This document shows, in pieces, positions 61,393-64,000 of a stretch of 64,000 nt of DNA (within the stretch, counting starts at the first letter, position 1; each line of letters begins with the position of its first letter). Location of the stretch: assembly GCA_034189085.1 (NCBI GenBank), contig JAXHVH010000001.1, positions 163,794 through 227,793 of the forward strand. The letters are read 5' to 3'. The translations under genes and the position numbers were made by a program. The notes under the pieces are model-generated. The model ran no database searches, was not told the origin of the DNA, and worked only from the letters and a program-made list of their open reading frames with translations. The stretch comes from Bacillota bacterium (GTDB taxonomy: Bacteria > Bacillota > Dethiobacteria > DTU022).

Positions 61393-62028
61393 ATGGATCA
61401 AGCTACCAATCGCCGGCCACGTCGATATTTGCGCAGCAGAATAACCCGGAAACTAATTCTCGATACTGCCCTGGATGTTTTTCTCAAGGAAGGGTACGCC
61501 AAAACAACCATTGCCAAAATCAGCGACCAGGCAAAAGTCGGATACGGCACTGTATACAGCCATTTTAAAGGCAAAGATGATATTCTCAACAATGTCGTCG
61601 ACAATGTCCTCGACGAGTTCTATAATTTGCTTGAAGTCCCATTCGCTCCGGATTCTCTTAAAGAAGCGCACCAGGACTATTACAATCTTGTATTAACTTC
61701 ACTGCGTCTATCTGAAAAGCATCGCCCCATCATGAAGGTATACCAGGAAGCACTCGGTAAATCGGCATCTATAACGGAACACTGGCATAACATAAAAGAA
61801 CAATTTATTAAGAGCGCAGCCCATTCTTTTTCCTATTCGCAGGAAAAAGGGATTGCCAGACATTTCGACAACCAGCTGATTGCCAAAACCTATATTTTAC
61901 TCGTTGATCGTTTTATCTGGGAAGTAGTAAATGAAAAAGAAGCTAATCTCGAAAAAATAGCCGGGACAATAGTAGATATGCTCTTTCACGGTTTCTTCAT
62001 CACCGACAGCGATAGCAAGAATAAGTAA
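61393..62028 (+). CDS. TetR/AcrR family transcriptional regulator
   Basis: N-terminal HTH (RKLILDTALDVFLKEGYAKTTIAKISDQAKVGYGTVYSHFKGKDDIL) typical of TetR. Confidence 0.8.
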   Translation: MDQATNRRPRRYLRSRITRKLILDTALDVFLKEGYAKTTIAKISDQAKVGYGTVYSHFKGKDDILNNVVDNVLDEFYNLLEVPFAPDSLKEAHQDYYNLVLTSLRLSEKHRPIMKVYQEALGKSASITEHWHNIKEQFIKSAAHSFSYSQEKGIARHFDNQLIAKTYILLVDRFIWEVVNEKEANLEKIAGTIVDMLFHGFFITDSDSKNK

Positions 62029-62033
62029 GTCTT

Positions 62034-62612
62034 TCAAGCCCGGGAGGCATTAATAACTTTACTTTCGGTTATTATAAAATCAACAGGGCGGTCCCAGCTT
62101 TCCACCGGCACTGAAGGGACAATCTGTATTTCAAAAGCAAGGGCTACAAGAGGAACATTAGACTTTAAAAGGGGGAAAAATCGATCATAGTAACCCCCGC
62201 CATAACCCAGGCGGTTGCCGTCATTGTCAAAGGCCACCCCGGGAACTATGAGCAGATCAATAACATCGGGAAGATAGGGTCGCAGTTTTCCTTCTTTCGG
62301 TTCTGGGATTCCATAACTTCCGGGAGCAAGATCTTCTTCCCAGTCAAGAATTCGAGAGGGAATAAGCTCTCTTGATTTTGGTTTGGTCTTTGGAGCAAGG
62401 GCTGTTTTCCCTTCTTCGATAACCCTTTCCACCATCGGCCTGGTGACAACTTCACTGCCGAAAGAAATAAAAAACATCACTGTTTCTGCACTTTGATAAG
62501 CCGGCAGGCTAAATAACCTTTCTGCAATCTGAAAGCTTTTTGCATTTATTTGCTCGTCGGAAAGCCGGTCCCGCCGATCAATTATCAGGCGGCGCAGTTC
62601 TTTTTTATTCAT
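62034..62612 (-). CDS. 5-formyltetrahydrofolate cyclo-ligase
   Basis: 192 aa with 5-FTHF cyclo-ligase family motifs (...GYGGGYYDRF...). Confidence 0.8.
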   Translation of the reverse strand: MNKKELRRLIIDRRDRLSDEQINAKSFQIAERLFSLPAYQSAETVMFFISFGSEVVTRPMVERVIEEGKTALAPKTKPKSRELIPSRILDWEEDLAPGSYGIPEPKEGKLRPYLPDVIDLLIVPGVAFDNDGNRLGYGGGYYDRFFPLLKSNVPLVALAFEIQIVPSVPVESWDRPVDFIITESKVINASRA

Positions 62613-62702
62613 TGATTATGCTCCCCTGCGAGATGAATTGAAAAGATCTGATCAAACAACCAGGCCCGTTAACAGGAGGGGCTGTTTAGCTAACAACTGA
62701 GC

Positions 62703-64000
62703 CTAATACGACCGGGCAAAATAAACTGATGCAGTTGCTTTTTTCCCGCAAACCAGGCATCGATTAGAATCTGTTTCCAAATCAAAGGGTATGCAGCGAA
62801 TTGTCGCTTTTGTATCTTCCTTCACCTTTTCTTCGCATTTGGGATCACCGCACCATGAAGTGGCAAAAAAACCGCGCTTTTCCGCCATAATTGTTTTGAA
62901 CTCTTCATAATCTGAGCCGCTGTGGGTATTATCAAGGCGAAACTGATCGGCTTTCTTGAACATATCTTTTTGAATCTCTTCTAAAAGTTGCGGCAGCCTC
63001 CGGCCCAGATCATCCCGGGGAACAAATTCTTTCTCTCCACTGTCCCTACGGACGAGAACAACCTGCCCTTTGTCAAGGTCTTTTGGCCCCAGTTCTATGC
63101 GAACGGGAATTCCCCTCATTTCCCATTCATTAAATTTCCAACCGGGCGAATACTCTTCGCGATCATCCAGTTTGATCCTGAAATTTTGTTCAAGTAAATC
63201 CTTCAGTTCATGCACAGCTGCAAGCACTCTTTCACGATCTTTCCTGGTCAAAATAGGGATAACCACCACCTGGATCGGCGCCATGCGGGGAGGGAGAACA
63301 AGACCGCGGTCGTCTCCATGGACCATAATGAGGGCCCCGATCAGCCTGGTTGAAACCCCCCAGGAAGTTTGCCAGACATGCTTCAGCTGTTCGTCCTGAT
63401 CAAGGAAGGTTATATCGAAGACCCTGGCAAAGTGCTGCCCCAGGTTATGTGAGGTGCCGGCCTGCAGGGCTCGGCCGTCGCTCATCATTGCTTCAATGGA
63501 ATAGGTGCGCAGGGCTCCGGCAAATTTTTCACGCTCAGTTTTACGTCCCGCAATCGCAGGAATAGCCATTTCATTCTCAAGAAACTCTTTGTAAACTCCG
63601 AGCATCTTCAGGGTCTCTTCTTCAGCTTCTTCTTCAGTGCGGTGACAGGTGTGGCCTTCCTGCCATAAAAATTCTGAAGTGCGGAGAAAGGGACGGGTCG
63701 ATTTTTCCCAGCGCACTACATTGCACCACTGATTGATCAGGATGGGTAGATCTCGCCATGACTGGACCCAGCGGGAATAAAAATCACAAATTATTGCTTC
63801 AGAAGTAGGTCGAATCACCAGGGGCTCGGTTAAAATTTCGTTTCCCCCCTTGGTAACCCAGGCCATTTCTGGAGCAAAGCCCTCTACATGTTCAGCTTCT
63901 TTCTGCAGCAATTCCTGGGGAATTAACAACGGGAAATAAGCATTCTCATGCCCCGTTTCCCTGAATTTTCGATCGAGCAATTCCTGGATCTTTTCCCAGA
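62703..64000 (-). CDS. proS: Prolyl-tRNA synthetase, archaeal/eukaryote-like type (5' end beyond window)
   Basis: FRETGHENAYFPLLIP and class II motifs. C-terminal Zn-binding CLVCG...YFARSY ending in Tyr. In-frame homology (WEKIQELLD) continues to the window edge. Confidence 0.85.
   Translation of the reverse strand, partial: WEKIQELLDRKFRETGHENAYFPLLIPQELLQKEAEHVEGFAPEMAWVTKGGNEILTEPLVIRPTSEAIICDFYSRWVQSWRDLPILINQWCNVVRWEKSTRPFLRTSEFLWQEGHTCHRTEEEAEEETLKMLGVYKEFLENEMAIPAIAGRKTEREKFAGALRTYSIEAMMSDGRALQAGTSHNLGQHFARVFDITFLDQDEQLKHVWQTSWGVSTRLIGALIMVHGDDRGLVLPPRMAPIQVVVIPILTRKDRERVLAAVHELKDLLEQNFRIKLDDREEYSPGWKFNEWEMRGIPVRIELGPKDLDKGQVVLVRRDSGEKEFVPRDDLGRRLPQLLEEIQKDMFKKADQFRLDNTHSGSDYEEFKTIMAEKRGFFATSWCGDPKCEEKVKEDTKATIRCIPFDLETDSNRCLVCGKKATASVYFARSY

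Noticed and set aside
1-64000. CRISPR arrays, tRNA/rRNA genes, IS elements or integrases
   Set aside because: No spaced direct repeats, no tRNA-like cloverleaf candidates and no transposase or integrase-like ORFs were seen. Gene content is core housekeeping throughout.

Overview
This window reads as core chromosome of a Firmicutes/Clostridia-type anaerobe (about 50% GC). Almost every gene lies on the minus strand in a conserved order.

Gene order, from high to low coordinates on the minus strand:
- proS (5' end cut by the window), 5-formyl-THF cyclo-ligase and a metallophosphoesterase. A TetR regulator lies on the plus strand here.
- A NuoE/NuoF-like pair (hndA, hndC), a frameshifted GH1 beta-glucosidase and fdhD. 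A P-loop/Asp23 gene lies on the plus strand here.
- aroA, then hisD, hisB, hisA, hisI and a PHP-type histidinol phosphatase (hisK).
- ogt, aroC, aroB, secD, secF, recJ, relA, dtd, and hisS and aspS read as one continuous ORF.
- Two tandem mgtE paralogs, a 620-bp intergenic region, and the division/cell-wall cluster: mraZ, rsmH, ftsL, a class B PBP, murF, mraY, murD, ftsW, murG, murB, ftsQ, ftsA, ftsZ.
- A lipoprotein, nrdD, pgeF, an HlyD-like gene, ylmE, ylmG, ylmH, divIVA and a T-box-controlled ileS.
- lspA, lgt, rluD, rqcH on the plus strand, yicC, remA, gmk, rpoZ and the start of coaBC.

Genes conserved at these positions in Bacillus and Clostridia are missing: spoIIGA, sigE and sigG downstream of ftsZ, and sepF, murE and apt.

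The observations most worth checking:
- An in-frame hisS-aspS fusion that a single A-run indel would undo.
- Two 1-nt deletions in G runs that break the beta-glucosidase.
- An fdhD whose N-terminal 85 codons have no canonical start, next to a T9 run.
- A roughly 230-nt candidate structured RNA between mgtE and mraZ, built on a perfect 15-bp long-range inverted repeat ending in a U-tract.
- A protein that fuses a P-loop NTPase to an Asp23 domain.
- An NrdD with G-R instead of G-Y at the glycyl radical site and no nrdG nearby.
- An HlyD-like orphan gene where sepF normally sits.

The ORF track counts GTG and TTG as starts; the several starts moved to internal ATGs were each checked against the DNA.
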